Shown piece by piece: positions 48,715 through 58,553 of a stretch of DNA of 64,000 bases (the stretch's first letter is position 1; each line of letters opens with the position of its first letter). The translations under genes were made by a program, and so were the position numbers. The DNA is taken from NCBI RefSeq assembly GCF_041248615.1, contig NZ_CP158426.1; one strand, 5' to 3'. This stretch comes from Escherichia coli (GTDB taxonomy: Bacteria > Pseudomonadota > Gammaproteobacteria > Enterobacterales > Enterobacteriaceae). The notes under the pieces were generated by a model. The model was not told where the DNA came from. It saw only the letters and a program-made list of their open reading frames with translations, and searched no databases.

Positions 48715-49718
48715 TGGTTTACTCCCACGTTAATTGCCGCCATTGCGCTTTGGGCAATATCCATGTCTTGTTCAACGCTACCACCGCTGATGCCAAGCCC
48801 CCCGAGCAATATTCCGTCACGCCAGAGGGGGAAGCCGCCACCAAAGGTGACGACTTTGCCTTGCATATGGCTTTCGAGCCCGTAAAGCGGCGCGCCGGGT
48901 TGCACGGTATCAGCAAGTTTGTGGGTTGCCGTTTTCATCGCCACGGCAGTCCAGGCTTTTTTCGGTGCCAGTTCACTGCTGACCAACAGGGCATCAGGCA
49001 TCCGCCAGGTAACACTTTCTGTTCCGTTGGCATCAACAATGCTGATGACAACGGGAATATGCAGTTCATCCGCGCGCATTGCCGCACTACGAATGAGCTG
49101 GTGAAGATCCTGAAAAGTGAGCGGCATTGTGCGTTCCTTCAATGCTGGTGTGTGGTTGGCTTTGTGATAACGTTTTGTGATTTCCTGAATTATCAGGTTT
49201 TGATGAGCGACGTTGTCTTCCACGCGGGCGAGGGCATACAGGCAATCGGAAAGTCGGTTGATATAGTGCAGCAAAACATTCCGGACGGTGATTTCCGTTG
49301 TCAGTTCAACCAGACGTCTTTCAGCACGTCGAGCCACCGTGCGGGCGAAATGCATACGGCTTGCAGCTTCACATCGCCCAGGCAGAATGAAGCTGTGAAC
49401 TGGGGGGACGGCGTTCATTGCGCTATCGATCGCGTTTTCCAGCGCGGCAATTTCTTCCGTACCGATGTAACGCAGCTGCGCTGACGGCTGTTCGCTTTCA
49501 CTGGCAAGTTCGGCGCTAAACCAAAATATCTGTTGTTGAATGGCTTCCAGTAAGATGCGATGGCTTTCGATGGCGGTGGCGCAATAACACAGACTGAGTG
49601 TCGCGTTCAGTTCATCCAGCGTGCCATAGGTTTCGACACGTAGATGAGTTTTGCTGACGCGCTGTCCGGTAAATAAAGACGTACTTCCTGAATCACCTGT
49701 TCGGGTATAAATTGCCAT
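48711..49718 (-). CDS. pduO: ATP:cob(I)alamin adenosyltransferase PduO
   Basis: 335-aa ORF; PduO-type N-terminus MAIYTRTGDSGSTSLFTGQRVSK plus C-terminal DUF336-like domain. Confidence 0.88.
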   Translation of the reverse strand: MAIYTRTGDSGSTSLFTGQRVSKTHLRVETYGTLDELNATLSLCYCATAIESHRILLEAIQQQIFWFSAELASESEQPSAQLRYIGTEEIAALENAIDSAMNAVPPVHSFILPGRCEAASRMHFARTVARRAERRLVELTTEITVRNVLLHYINRLSDCLYALARVEDNVAHQNLIIQEITKRYHKANHTPALKERTMPLTFQDLHQLIRSAAMRADELHIPVVISIVDANGTESVTWRMPDALLVSSELAPKKAWTAVAMKTATHKLADTVQPGAPLYGLESHMQGKVVTFGGGFPLWRDGILLGGLGISGGSVEQDMDIAQSAMAAINVGVNQ

Positions 49719-49729
49719 CTTTCAGCTCC

Positions 49730-50005
49730 TTAGCGCGAAAGCGTATCGACAATGCCGACCACTGCCAGGTCGATGGCCTCGTTAGGGCCGGAAAACACAT
49801 GTCTGGCGCTGGAACCACTGCTGAGGAGTACCAACTCACCAACGCCTGCGCCGACTGAATCAACGGCAACTTCGTCGCCGGTTAATGGCGTGAGAGGCAG
49901 TTCGCCGTCAGCACTGACCCGGCGAACCAGCAGCAGTTTTTTCCCGATCAGAGATGGTGATTTTTGCGTGGATACTACCGCGCCAGTGACTCGAGCCAGA
50001 TGCAT
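49730..50005 (-). CDS. pduN: Microcompartment vertex protein PduN (EutN/CcmL pentamer family)
   Basis: 91-aa [30 protein letters not shown]. Confidence 0.88.
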   Translation of the reverse strand: MHLARVTGAVVSTQKSPSLIGKKLLLVRRVSADGELPLTPLTGDEVAVDSVGAGVGELVLLSSGSSARHVFSGPNEAIDLAVVGIVDTLSR

Positions 50006-50008
50006 AGG

Positions 50009-50500
50009 TTACTCCTGCCTAATTAACTGAATATTTCGGGTAATTGCCGCTTCACGAGCCAGTGCGGTCACACAACATTTCCGCTGTAACACCAGTATTC
50101 CCGAGCTTAACTGTGCGATATCGGCATAACTTAAAAGTCGATCACGATGAAGGTAGATCGGTTGCCCTTGTTCGTCGCACCAGCTTAGCGGTAGACGGGC
50201 GAGAGTCTTCAATTCAATGGCGTTCAGGAAATGACGCTGCAACGACAATTGAATGTGCATTCCCCAGGCTAACGCTTCGTGTATCTGGATTGCTGCTCGA
50301 TCTGACGTTTCGTTCTCCGCAAGTTGTCGCAGCAGCGGCAGATCGACATATCGGATTTGTAATGACGCATACTGATGAACGCTCTCTTGAACGCTGGCGT
50401 CTCGCAGTTGAAAAACAGTCAGCACGAGTGCTTTTCTCGCACGTTGTTTAAGGCGAAAAACCACCTCGTCAACAATACGTTGCATCAGCATGTTATTCAT
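50009..50500 (-). CDS. pduM: Microcompartment structural protein PduM
   Basis: 163-aa ORF in conserved position between pduL and pduN. Confidence 0.8.
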   Translation of the reverse strand: MNNMLMQRIVDEVVFRLKQRARKALVLTVFQLRDASVQESVHQYASLQIRYVDLPLLRQLAENETSDRAAIQIHEALAWGMHIQLSLQRHFLNAIELKTLARLPLSWCDEQGQPIYLHRDRLLSYADIAQLSSGILVLQRKCCVTALAREAAITRNIQLIRQE

Positions 50501-51129
50501 GGCACTGACACCAGTGTGGCAAAAACGTCAGGGCTATCAGCGCCTGCGGCGTTGGCCTCATCGGTATCAATATGCATTTCAAGACGCATATCCGGAGAGA
50601 CGCGAACAGCGACGTTTTCGAATATCAGTCGTCGCTCACCACCTTCAATGGCAACCGCCACTTTATCGCCATGCGTAACGCCATAAATCAGGGCATCCAG
50701 CGGAGACATATGAATATGCCGTTGCGCGACAATGACGCCAGATGTGATCTCCAGTTCCGCAAATGGGCTTATCAAACGAATCCCCGGAGTGCCGCTGAGA
50801 TCGCCTGACATGCGTAGCGGGGCGGTGATCCCTAACGTTCTGGCGTCCGTCCGGGAAATTTCCACCTGGCTTGCATTGCGTAGCGGCCCCAACAAGCGAA
50901 CGTTGTGCAATTTGCCTTTTGGTCCCTCCAGCGTAACAACCTGTTCAGCAGCGAATTGGCCAGGTTGCATTAACGGCTTTTTCTCGCTAATCGGTTGTTC
51001 AGGAAAAAGACGCAAATAATCCGCTGTTGAAAGATGAATATGGCGACTGGAAACGCCCAGTGGGATAGGGCGCTCGCGCATCTCATCCAGAATCTGGCTC
51101 ACTGTTTCCTGCAGGGTTTGTTTATCCAC
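50497..51129 (-). CDS. pduL: Phosphate propanoyltransferase PduL
   Basis: 210-aa ORF, conserved position; PduL/EutD-type acyltransferase. Confidence 0.85.
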   Translation of the reverse strand: MDKQTLQETVSQILDEMRERPIPLGVSSRHIHLSTADYLRLFPEQPISEKKPLMQPGQFAAEQVVTLEGPKGKLHNVRLLGPLRNASQVEISRTDARTLGITAPLRMSGDLSGTPGIRLISPFAELEITSGVIVAQRHIHMSPLDALIYGVTHGDKVAVAIEGGERRLIFENVAVRVSPDMRLEMHIDTDEANAAGADSPDVFATLVSVP

Positions 51130-51131
51130 TG

Positions 51132-51554
51132 CTACTCCCCTCGCTTATTGGCGTACAGGCAAAGTGAGCGGGGCTCACCTTTTTGCCGCTGACATGCCGG
51201 GTCAAGACACAAATTACAACTGATAATCTCTGAGGTGACGGTTGTTGCTGGTGTTTTGCTTGTTTCAACCGTCACGGTCAATGCTTCAATTGTGTGGGGC
51301 AGAATGCCGTCTCCCGGGCGGGCAATCACTTTGTGTGCGACAAGGCCATTTCGCTGTCCGGCGAAACTGGCTCCCGTCGCGATCGCCGCATTAACCGAGG
51401 CGACGTCACCGGTGATTTTGATGAGCGTCCAGCCTGAGCCATTGGTCTTCTCAAGGCCAACCAGCGTGATGGACGCGGCTTTTGCCATAGCGTCTGCGCA
51501 ACTGATGGCGAGAGCCAGACCACTGACTTCAAGTAATCCCAGTGATTGCTTCAC
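51132..51554 (-). CDS. pduK: Microcompartment shell protein PduK (BMC domain with Cys-rich C-terminal tail)
   Basis: 140-aa ORF, N-terminal BMC domain (MKQSLGLLEVSGLALAISCADAMAKAASI), C-terminal CNLCLDPAC. Confidence 0.85.
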   Translation of the reverse strand: MKQSLGLLEVSGLALAISCADAMAKAASITLVGLEKTNGSGWTLIKITGDVASVNAAIATGASFAGQRNGLVAHKVIARPGDGILPHTIEALTVTVETSKTPATTVTSEIISCNLCLDPACQRQKGEPRSLCLYANKRGE

Positions 51555-51577
51555 GCTGTGCTCCTTAGCGAATGGGG

Positions 51578-51853
51578 TTATGCTGATTTAGGTAAAATAG
51601 CCTCAACATCACTGTGTGGGCGCGGGATGACATGGCAGGATTTCACTTCGCCAACGGCGCTTGCGGCGGCGCTTCCTGCATCAACGGCGGCTTTTACTGC
51701 GCCAACATCGCCACGGACCATCACCGTAATCAGACCCGAACCAATCTTTTCATAGCCAACCAGCTGCACGTTGGCGGATTTAACCATGGCATCTGCAGCT
51801 TCAATTGCGCCAACTAACCCTTTTGTTTCAACCAGTCCTAGTGCGTTGTTCAT
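51578..51853 (-). CDS. pduJ: Microcompartment shell protein PduJ (BMC hexamer)
   Basis: 91-aa [32 protein letters not shown]. Confidence 0.9.
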   Translation of the reverse strand: MNNALGLVETKGLVGAIEAADAMVKSANVQLVGYEKIGSGLITVMVRGDVGAVKAAVDAGSAAASAVGEVKSCHVIPRPHSDVEAILPKSA

Positions 51854-51872
51854 ACTGCATTTCTCCTGTGGA

Positions 51873-52223
51873 TTATGAGTGGAGTTCCCGGAAGGGAATC
51901 CCTTTTACCAGGCGGGCAGCGTTAGAGCCAATGCTGCGCCGGGCATGGTTATCTTGTTGATACATCAGCGTAAACAGTGGCGCTGATGCCGGTAAGTTTT
52001 TGTAATGCACAATCAGTTTTTCCTGATCGCAGGCAATGCCAACCAACAGGGGAGATTGACTAGCAGCCAGCCAGGCGCTATCGATAACTTCACCTGACGG
52101 AATGTGTTGAATGCGAAAGGGAATACCTTCCTCTTCAATGCCAAGAAGCACCTCATCCCATATAGTGATGCAGTTACCGATCTCCATGACGACGATGGCT
52201 GGTGCACGCTCTTTACTTTCCAT
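51873..52223 (-). CDS. pduH: Diol dehydratase reactivase small subunit PduH
   Basis: 116-aa ORF, overlaps pduG 3' end; conserved position. Confidence 0.85.
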   Translation of the reverse strand: MESKERAPAIVVMEIGNCITIWDEVLLGIEEEGIPFRIQHIPSGEVIDSAWLAASQSPLLVGIACDQEKLIVHYKNLPASAPLFTLMYQQDNHARRSIGSNAARLVKGIPFRELHS

Positions 52224-54045
52224 GAATCGACTCCTTGTGCCAGGCGATGAGTAGCCCAGTAGCTACCGCGTTGCGCGGACCTTCGCTACCACGGATATTC
52301 CCCCGTCCGGCGACCAATCGATAATGCGCCAATGCATCGGTGACTAACTGCGGTACTTCGAAATCCAGCGAAGAACCGCCCACCAGAACGACGAACGGAA
52401 TATCGCGAATATTTCCGGCAGGGCTTACCTGACGTAGCGCGCGCAGGGCATTGGTTACGAAGACACGCTCTTTCGCACTGCGGCGGACAGCGCGTACTTT
52501 TTCCAGCGTCAAATCACCGGGAATGGGCACCAGTTCGTCGGGTTTCACTACACAGACGCGGGCAAATACATGGGGGGATAGGGGAGTAGGGAAGAACTGA
52601 ACGCTGCCATCTTCATGGCGTAAGTGGAACAGGCTTTCTACTTTTGCCAACGGGTACTTTTTGATTTCTTCTGCCAGATAACGATCATTTAAGCCCAGCT
52701 CACGAGCGATAATCATCGTTACCATGTCGCCCGCTCCCGCAAGGTGAGTGGCAACAATTTCTCCTTTCTGATTGATGATGGAGGCATCGGTAGAGCCTGC
52801 ACCTAAGTCCAGAATTGCCAGTGGACGTGTGGTTCCAGGGGTAGTCAAGGCCCCCTGAATGGCGGCTTCTGCTTCTGCGCCTCCGACCTGAACATCAACA
52901 TGCAGTTTTTGCTTAATTTCACTGGCGATCATTGCCATTTGCAGACGGTCGGATTTCACCATAGAGGCAATACCCACAGCCTGTTCCAGTGAAAATTCAC
53001 CTGCCAGACCGCCGGTTACGCTGACGGGGACAGAGGTATCTATCGCCAGCAAATCCTGAATAAAAATTTCGTTGCTGGGTTTGTTGGTCAGTTCCGCCAT
53101 GGTCTGGCGAACATGTTCCAGCATTCCGCCGATGTTGGTGCCTGGTTTTCCCGTCACGTTTTCCAGTTTTGGGCACTCACCGACCGCTTTCATAATGGCA
53201 TCGGCACCAGCAGCTACATCAACGCGCGTTGTGCGCCCGGCAGAAAGCAGTTCGATATTTCCGGCGGGTATCGAACGGGCTTTAACGTCGCCAGAAGGCG
53301 TTTTCACTACCACTGCTGAACGGTTGCCGATTAGCGCCCGCGCGACAGGAACAATATTTTTAGTCTCTTCAGCATTGAGGGCGAAAACGGTGGCAATCCC
53401 ATACGGGTTAGACAGGGTTTCGATAACTTTCCCGGGAACGGCAACTTCAATTGCAGCCAGCATGCCGAGCGGAATACGATCGATGTAGAGGACTTCATCA
53501 ACAATAGGTACAGCAATTTCCAGGCGGTTACTGACCAGCACGCCATCGTCGCGTTGCAGAATAACGCCAGTCAGCTGATATCCGGCACGTACGGAGGCGT
53601 TTATCATCGTCGCGATATCGGCAAAATCAAATGCCGATGACACCACCAGGATGTAAGGTGTGTCCGCCGGGCGTGTTAATAACTCTTGCGGAGTGATGGT
53701 GAGCCCTACGCCCAGCCCCACTCCGCCCGGAGTTTTCGGGTTGTGACCGATCATGGTTGATTCAGTGATGATGGTTTCAGTGATGGTTTCCATCGCCACA
53801 TCACCAATGACCGGAGTTGCTTCGTTGATACGAATAAGCGAAATATCGCTAACATTGATGCCGACTTTTTTCGTTGCCTGTGCGAGCGCCTCCTGAATAC
53901 CATGGACGTTACGCAACGTACCTTTAATTCCGGTGGTTTCCGCCAGGGCGCTACTCACGAACGACAACTCTCCAGTTGCACTGAGCGTTGCCAGCGCAAC
54001 CTCTGTTGATGAGTTGCCGATATCAATGCCTGCTATATATCGCAT
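52213..54045 (-). CDS. pduG: Diol dehydratase reactivase large subunit PduG
   Basis: 610-aa ORF, MRYIAGIDIGNSSTEVALA actin-like ATPase N-terminus. Confidence 0.9.
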   Translation of the reverse strand: MRYIAGIDIGNSSTEVALATLSATGELSFVSSALAETTGIKGTLRNVHGIQEALAQATKKVGINVSDISLIRINEATPVIGDVAMETITETIITESTMIGHNPKTPGGVGLGVGLTITPQELLTRPADTPYILVVSSAFDFADIATMINASVRAGYQLTGVILQRDDGVLVSNRLEIAVPIVDEVLYIDRIPLGMLAAIEVAVPGKVIETLSNPYGIATVFALNAEETKNIVPVARALIGNRSAVVVKTPSGDVKARSIPAGNIELLSAGRTTRVDVAAGADAIMKAVGECPKLENVTGKPGTNIGGMLEHVRQTMAELTNKPSNEIFIQDLLAIDTSVPVSVTGGLAGEFSLEQAVGIASMVKSDRLQMAMIASEIKQKLHVDVQVGGAEAEAAIQGALTTPGTTRPLAILDLGAGSTDASIINQKGEIVATHLAGAGDMVTMIIARELGLNDRYLAEEIKKYPLAKVESLFHLRHEDGSVQFFPTPLSPHVFARVCVVKPDELVPIPGDLTLEKVRAVRRSAKERVFVTNALRALRQVSPAGNIRDIPFVVLVGGSSLDFEVPQLVTDALAHYRLVAGRGNIRGSEGPRNAVATGLLIAWHKESIHGK

Positions 54046-54054
54046 AGTTCGTCC

Positions 54055-54573
54055 TTAATCGTCGCCTTTCAGTTTTTTGCGCTCGACATAAAGTTCCGCA
54101 GCTTCACGGACAAATGCAGCACAAATTTTGGCCTGATAACGCCGTTCAAGATCGTCAGCAATGGCAATAAGTTCTTGCTTAGTCGAACGATAAGGGCGTA
54201 ACGCATTGTAGATTTCGAGGATGCGATCATCCGGTACTGAGGTAAGCTCAGCGGCGCGTTCAAAATTCATCGCCAGGCGATCGCGACCAGCATCTCTGGC
54301 AATCGCGGCCTGAATACGCAATGTTTCAGGGGTTATACGCATATCCTGGGCGGTGACGTTATCGCTGAGTACATTTTCCAGAGTGAAATCGTCGAGCGTT
54401 TTATTGGTCGCCGTTTTAACCCATTCCGGATGTTTATTTGCCAGCGGATAATCCGTCACTTTGGCGCTCTGTATTGACGCGTTGGGTGCCGCAGAAACAG
54501 GAGCTGCATCCTGTAAACTGTTCATGCGATTCAACACGTCCCTGACCATCGACTCAATTGCATCGGTATTCAT
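54055..54573 (-). CDS. pduE: Propanediol dehydratase small (gamma) subunit PduE
   Basis: 172-aa ORF, conserved position. Confidence 0.88.
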   Translation of the reverse strand: MNTDAIESMVRDVLNRMNSLQDAAPVSAAPNASIQSAKVTDYPLANKHPEWVKTATNKTLDDFTLENVLSDNVTAQDMRITPETLRIQAAIARDAGRDRLAMNFERAAELTSVPDDRILEIYNALRPYRSTKQELIAIADDLERRYQAKICAAFVREAAELYVERKKLKGDD

Positions 54574-54587
54574 GAAGGTTTCCTTTG

Positions 54588-55256
54588 TTAAAACGTCACG
54601 CGCAGTTCTTGCGGTTTTTTGCCAGTGACCACGTACTTCGTCTCTTTAATATGCAAAATGGCAGATTTGGCCTGGTATTTCGGCCGCGCCATTTGATCGT
54701 TGAGGGTCGGCACCGGTTGTGGAGACTCACGCTTTGCATAACGCGCGGCGTTTTTGCCAATCTGACGATAAGTTTCCAGCGTCAACAAAGGCGCTTGTGG
54801 GAATAGTTCCAGGTTAGACAAGGGAGGAAGACCTTGCTGGTGGATAACCGTTGTGCCTTTCGACTGAATACCGATAGCAATACCTGAACCACTAAGACGA
54901 TCGCCTTCGACTGCTACGAATGCGACATCGGACGATTTAAAGCAGCGAATCACACGGGCTTTAATGCCTTCTTCTTCGATACCAGCAATCACTTCGCGCA
55001 AGATGTTTTTATGCGGAATACCGATGATATTGACGGTTTGCGCCAGGCCGAACGCCGGGCCTACAGCAATAATGACTTCATCTTGCTGAGTGCCTTGTTG
55101 GGCTTCGCCAATTTCGGCCAGAAAAGTTCCGGTATCTGGCGCGGAAGAGACAGTTGCACAGGCAGGTGCGCGAAATGAAACGGGCTTGTCGCTGGTTTGC
55201 ATTTCTGCCAGCACGTCTTCGATAATCTGACGCAGTAATTTTTCGTTAATTTCCAT
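54588..55256 (-). CDS. pduD: Propanediol dehydratase medium (beta) subunit PduD
   Basis: 222-aa [22 protein letters not shown]. Confidence 0.9.
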   Translation of the reverse strand: MEINEKLLRQIIEDVLAEMQTSDKPVSFRAPACATVSSAPDTGTFLAEIGEAQQGTQQDEVIIAVGPAFGLAQTVNIIGIPHKNILREVIAGIEEEGIKARVIRCFKSSDVAFVAVEGDRLSGSGIAIGIQSKGTTVIHQQGLPPLSNLELFPQAPLLTLETYRQIGKNAARYAKRESPQPVPTLNDQMARPKYQAKSAILHIKETKYVVTGKKPQELRVTF

Positions 55257-55265
55257 TTCTCACCC

Positions 55266-56930
55266 TTAGTCAATTTCGTTGGGATCAAGTGCACCGGGAA
55301 TATTTTTGATCTCTTCCCAGCGTTCCCCTTGCAGGCGGTAACCTGTAGCCGGTCCGGCGTAATCATTGACGTCATTGACCGCAGAGAGCACTTGTCCGTC
55401 ATCGACGATGATGGCTGAGGTATGGAGATAATCGCCGGTCAGTTTTGCTTTTTGCATGTTGAGCATGTCTTGGGCGACATCGGTAAAACCGCCTTGCGCC
55501 AGGGCTTTCACCACTTCCAGGCTGTTCCGGTTTTTATTGATAATCTCCTGGGCGAACTTGATGTCTTCCACAATATTGCGCTCAGGCATATCTTTTGAAC
55601 CGTGGGCATAGGTTGCCGCTTCGACTTCTTCATCGGTAATAGGCGGTAGTCCCATACCGGCAAAGACAGCCTGTAAAGCGCGAGCGGCTTTATTGCGGAT
55701 AGCGATAACATCTTCTTCGCGTACTGGTCGCAGGCCGCCATCAACCTTCAGGTCACGCTGAATGACGTTGTAATCATCGAAGTCTTCAGCATCTTCGTTT
55801 GAACCAGCAAACATGTTGTCGTAGTTCGGCACAGCGGAAAAACCGGAAGAGATAAAGTCGGTACCTGGCAGAAACTGCATCAGGAAACGTGCGGTACGGC
55901 GCATATCCGAGTGGGTAAAGGTCTGGTCATTACTGGAGGCGCATTCCAGATCCAGCGATGAGCAAATTAAGTTTTCCGCTAATACTGCGCGGATGCCTGA
56001 TGGCACAGCCGATGGAACACCGATGCAGCTTACCGAACCATTCTGTAGACCCTGAACTCCTGCGGCTTTGGTGATGTAAATGCAACGAGCCTCGAGATAA
56101 AGCATTGATTTGCCTTCCGCGTAACCCATCTGTACTTCAGAGCCGGAGCCGGAAGTAAAGCGCATTTTTAAGCCGCGAGACGCATAGGATGACGCGAGAA
56201 ATCCTTTTGACCACGGGGTGTCATCGCCATCGGTGAAAACAGGTTCTGTACCATAGACAGAAATTGTTTCGGCGTAACAGGTGTGGCCTAACATACCGAG
56301 TTTCAGTTCGGTGGCTTCTTCCAGTGAACACTGGGTCAAGACGCCCGGACGTCCCACCTGTGAGCCGACCAGCAGGGCGATGGCGTTGAACGGGGCATAG
56401 CGAGCAACGGCAACGGTGGTTTCCTGTTCATCAAACCCGCGCCATGCGCCTTCAGCTGCGTCGGCGGCAATTTGTACCGGGTTATCTTTGACGTTGGTGA
56501 CGTGAGCCTGTTGTGATGGTGTTCGACGGGCGCGCATTTTCTGCATCGCCATCATCATCTCTACCACGTTCATCTGCGAAACAACTTCGACGATTTTTGC
56601 AGGCGTCATTGCTGTGGTAAGGGGAACGATATCGCTACGTTTGACATTTGGATCGCACAACATATTGGCAAGTTTTACCGAATCCATCGCGATGACTTCT
56701 TCTGCACGCGCGAGATTGATGCCGTAGCGGGCGATAAAGTGGTCGATCAGGTCAAACTGGCTGGCGGGTTTTCCATCCAGTTCGGTAACGACGCCGTTAA
56801 CAATTTTGATTGACGGTTTAGGATCGTTCGGGCTTTCCATCGCAATGAAGCCTTCTTCAATCCACTCTTTAACGAAACCGTCCTGGTTGACCGGGCGTTT
56901 TGCCAGTGCTTCAAATCTTTTCGATCTCAT
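55266..56930 (-). CDS. pduC: B12-dependent propanediol dehydratase large (alpha) subunit PduC
   Basis: 554-aa ORF MRSKRFEALAKRPVNQDGFVKEWIEEGFIAMESPNDPKPSIK recognised. Confidence 0.92.
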   Translation of the reverse strand: MRSKRFEALAKRPVNQDGFVKEWIEEGFIAMESPNDPKPSIKIVNGVVTELDGKPASQFDLIDHFIARYGINLARAEEVIAMDSVKLANMLCDPNVKRSDIVPLTTAMTPAKIVEVVSQMNVVEMMMAMQKMRARRTPSQQAHVTNVKDNPVQIAADAAEGAWRGFDEQETTVAVARYAPFNAIALLVGSQVGRPGVLTQCSLEEATELKLGMLGHTCYAETISVYGTEPVFTDGDDTPWSKGFLASSYASRGLKMRFTSGSGSEVQMGYAEGKSMLYLEARCIYITKAAGVQGLQNGSVSCIGVPSAVPSGIRAVLAENLICSSLDLECASSNDQTFTHSDMRRTARFLMQFLPGTDFISSGFSAVPNYDNMFAGSNEDAEDFDDYNVIQRDLKVDGGLRPVREEDVIAIRNKAARALQAVFAGMGLPPITDEEVEAATYAHGSKDMPERNIVEDIKFAQEIINKNRNSLEVVKALAQGGFTDVAQDMLNMQKAKLTGDYLHTSAIIVDDGQVLSAVNDVNDYAGPATGYRLQGERWEEIKNIPGALDPNEID

Positions 56931-56948
56931 AAATCTGCCTCAGAGAAT

Positions 56949-57761
56949 TCAGATGTAGGAAGGGCGATCGTTTTTCGGTGTATCGCCGAGAGTCGAAAGC
57001 ACGGTTTTACCGATTTCGCGTGCGGAGATGACCGCCTGGCGGACTGCGCCGGAGTCACCCGAGATAATCAGAATGACTTCATTGCTGTAGCTGGTGCCTT
57101 GAGCGGGGGAGCTGTATGCCACAACATCCACATTGGCGGACTTCAGCGCGGTGTCTGCCATCAGAACACCCACAGCAGCCGGAGCGCCGACAATAACGCC
57201 GCAAGCCCGTCCCAATGGTGCACCAAACGCTTTTTCCAGTGCATAGCTGGCGCGGGCGGTATATTGCAGCTCAAGATGTCCGGCTTCGTTGGCATAGACA
57301 TCGCCAAAGGTTCGATCGAGTTCTTTCAGGGCAACTTCAATACCGCGTTTCACGTCGGAAACATCGTTGCCACCTAAGAGGATCAATGAGCCGTGTCCGG
57401 CACCGCCTTTAGTATCGCGAGGAAGTTCAATGCTAATAACTTCAGTGTTGGTGGCTTTTACCGCTTCATCAGCGGCCATAATGTGTGGACCTGCGCCAAT
57501 ACGCGCACCCAGAATGCCAATGGAACGATAGCGTTTTTCAAGTTTCATTGCGTCCAACAGGGCGCTATCAACGTTCGCAATGACCAGACCTACAGTGTCG
57601 CCAATAGCGGTGCCAACAAATTCTGTTAATGTGCAGCTTTTTTCTGCCATAGCCGTCTCTCGTATTTGATGAGTGGTTTTCGGGAGAACCTCATGCTCTG
57701 GCGTCGCTACGCGAGCGATGACCTGCGCCATGATCTGTTCGACCAGTTCATTGCTGCTCAT
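56949..57761 (-). CDS. pduB: Microcompartment shell protein PduB (tandem BMC trimer); internal in-frame start for PduB' at 57650
   Basis: 270-aa ORF; internal Met at codon 38 ([13 protein letters not shown]) matches the known PduB' start. Confidence 0.9.
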   Translation of the reverse strand: MSSNELVEQIMAQVIARVATPEHEVLPKTTHQIRETAMAEKSCTLTEFVGTAIGDTVGLVIANVDSALLDAMKLEKRYRSIGILGARIGAGPHIMAADEAVKATNTEVISIELPRDTKGGAGHGSLILLGGNDVSDVKRGIEVALKELDRTFGDVYANEAGHLELQYTARASYALEKAFGAPLGRACGVIVGAPAAVGVLMADTALKSANVDVVAYSSPAQGTSYSNEVILIISGDSGAVRQAVISAREIGKTVLSTLGDTPKNDRPSYI

Positions 57762-58042
57762 GGGTTAATTCCCTTTGGTAAGATTTTTTCGACATCGGTA
57801 TGTGGGCGGGGAATAACATGTACGGCTTTTACTTCGCCGACGTTACGCGCAGCTGCGGCACCTGCGTCTGTTGCCGCTTTTACCGCCCCGACATCACCAC
57901 GAACGATGACGGTCACCAGCCCGGAACCTATTTTTTCGTAGCCGACCAGCAAAACATTTGCCGACTTCACCATGGCGTCTGCGGCCTCTATGGCGGCAGT
58001 TAAGCCTTTGGTTTCTACCATTCCTAACGCTTCTTGTTGCAT
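57758..58042 (-). CDS. pduA: Major microcompartment shell protein PduA (BMC hexamer)
   Basis: 94-aa [33 protein letters not shown]. Confidence 0.92.
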   Translation of the reverse strand: MQQEALGMVETKGLTAAIEAADAMVKSANVLLVGYEKIGSGLVTVIVRGDVGAVKAATDAGAAAARNVGEVKAVHVIPRPHTDVEKILPKGINP

Positions 58043-58553
58043 AAAGACCTCGCCTGGATTTTTTTGACGATATGACTATAAAAAAAAGCGAGGAAAAAGA
58101 ATGGCTGACTTAATCGGCTAATGAGAAAAATTAATAGAGAACAAATATTATAAAATTGCTTTTATGAACTATATGTTGTTAATTTATTAGTTGTTTTGTG
58201 GATATTTCAATGTGAATTAATTGCGTTGGCTAGTGAGTTTAATCGCGAGTAATATTTCGTTGAGTTTAGTTCGAGGAAGGAACTGTGATATTTGTTTCAA
58301 TTTTATTATATCATGATGGCAATTTTTTATTGTGAAAGTTTGACAGTAATTATTACTTTCAACACTGATTAACGCTGTGTTGCATGATTCGGCAATGACA
58401 ATAATTTGTTATGTTAGCACGATTTTTACACGAGTCTGTCATGCATGTTGGCAATATTTTCTGCAGAGCAATTTTTTATAGTTGCGCTCGGTATACACAA
58501 CAATCAGCGCATAGTTGGCTGATAAAGAAAAACTCCGTAAAGAAGGTGTCACT
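58043..58553. promoter_or_regulatory. AT-rich divergent control region between pduA (minus) and pduF (plus); expected pdu and pduF-pocR promoters
   Basis: About 510 bp non-coding, strongly AT-rich with multiple A/T tracts; in the Salmonella pdu/cob regulon this region holds PocR-, Crp- and ArcA-responsive promoters. Confidence 0.55.

Noticed and set aside
58515-58553. N-terminal extension of pduF (MADKEKLRKEGVT) and similar upstream extensions in the ORF track for galF, rmlB, wzzB, hisG, hisD, yeeY, sbcB, yeeX, cobS and pduU
   Set aside because: Recognised protein N-termini begin at internal Met codons; the extensions are open frame upstream of the real starts, and for pduU the extension would overlap pduT.
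43411-58553. Possibility that the Pdu locus is a mobile genomic island
   Set aside because: No integrase, transposase, IS element, tRNA or direct-repeat pair was recognised at either boundary, so the sequence gives no support for a mobile-element call; only comparative genomics could address its origin.
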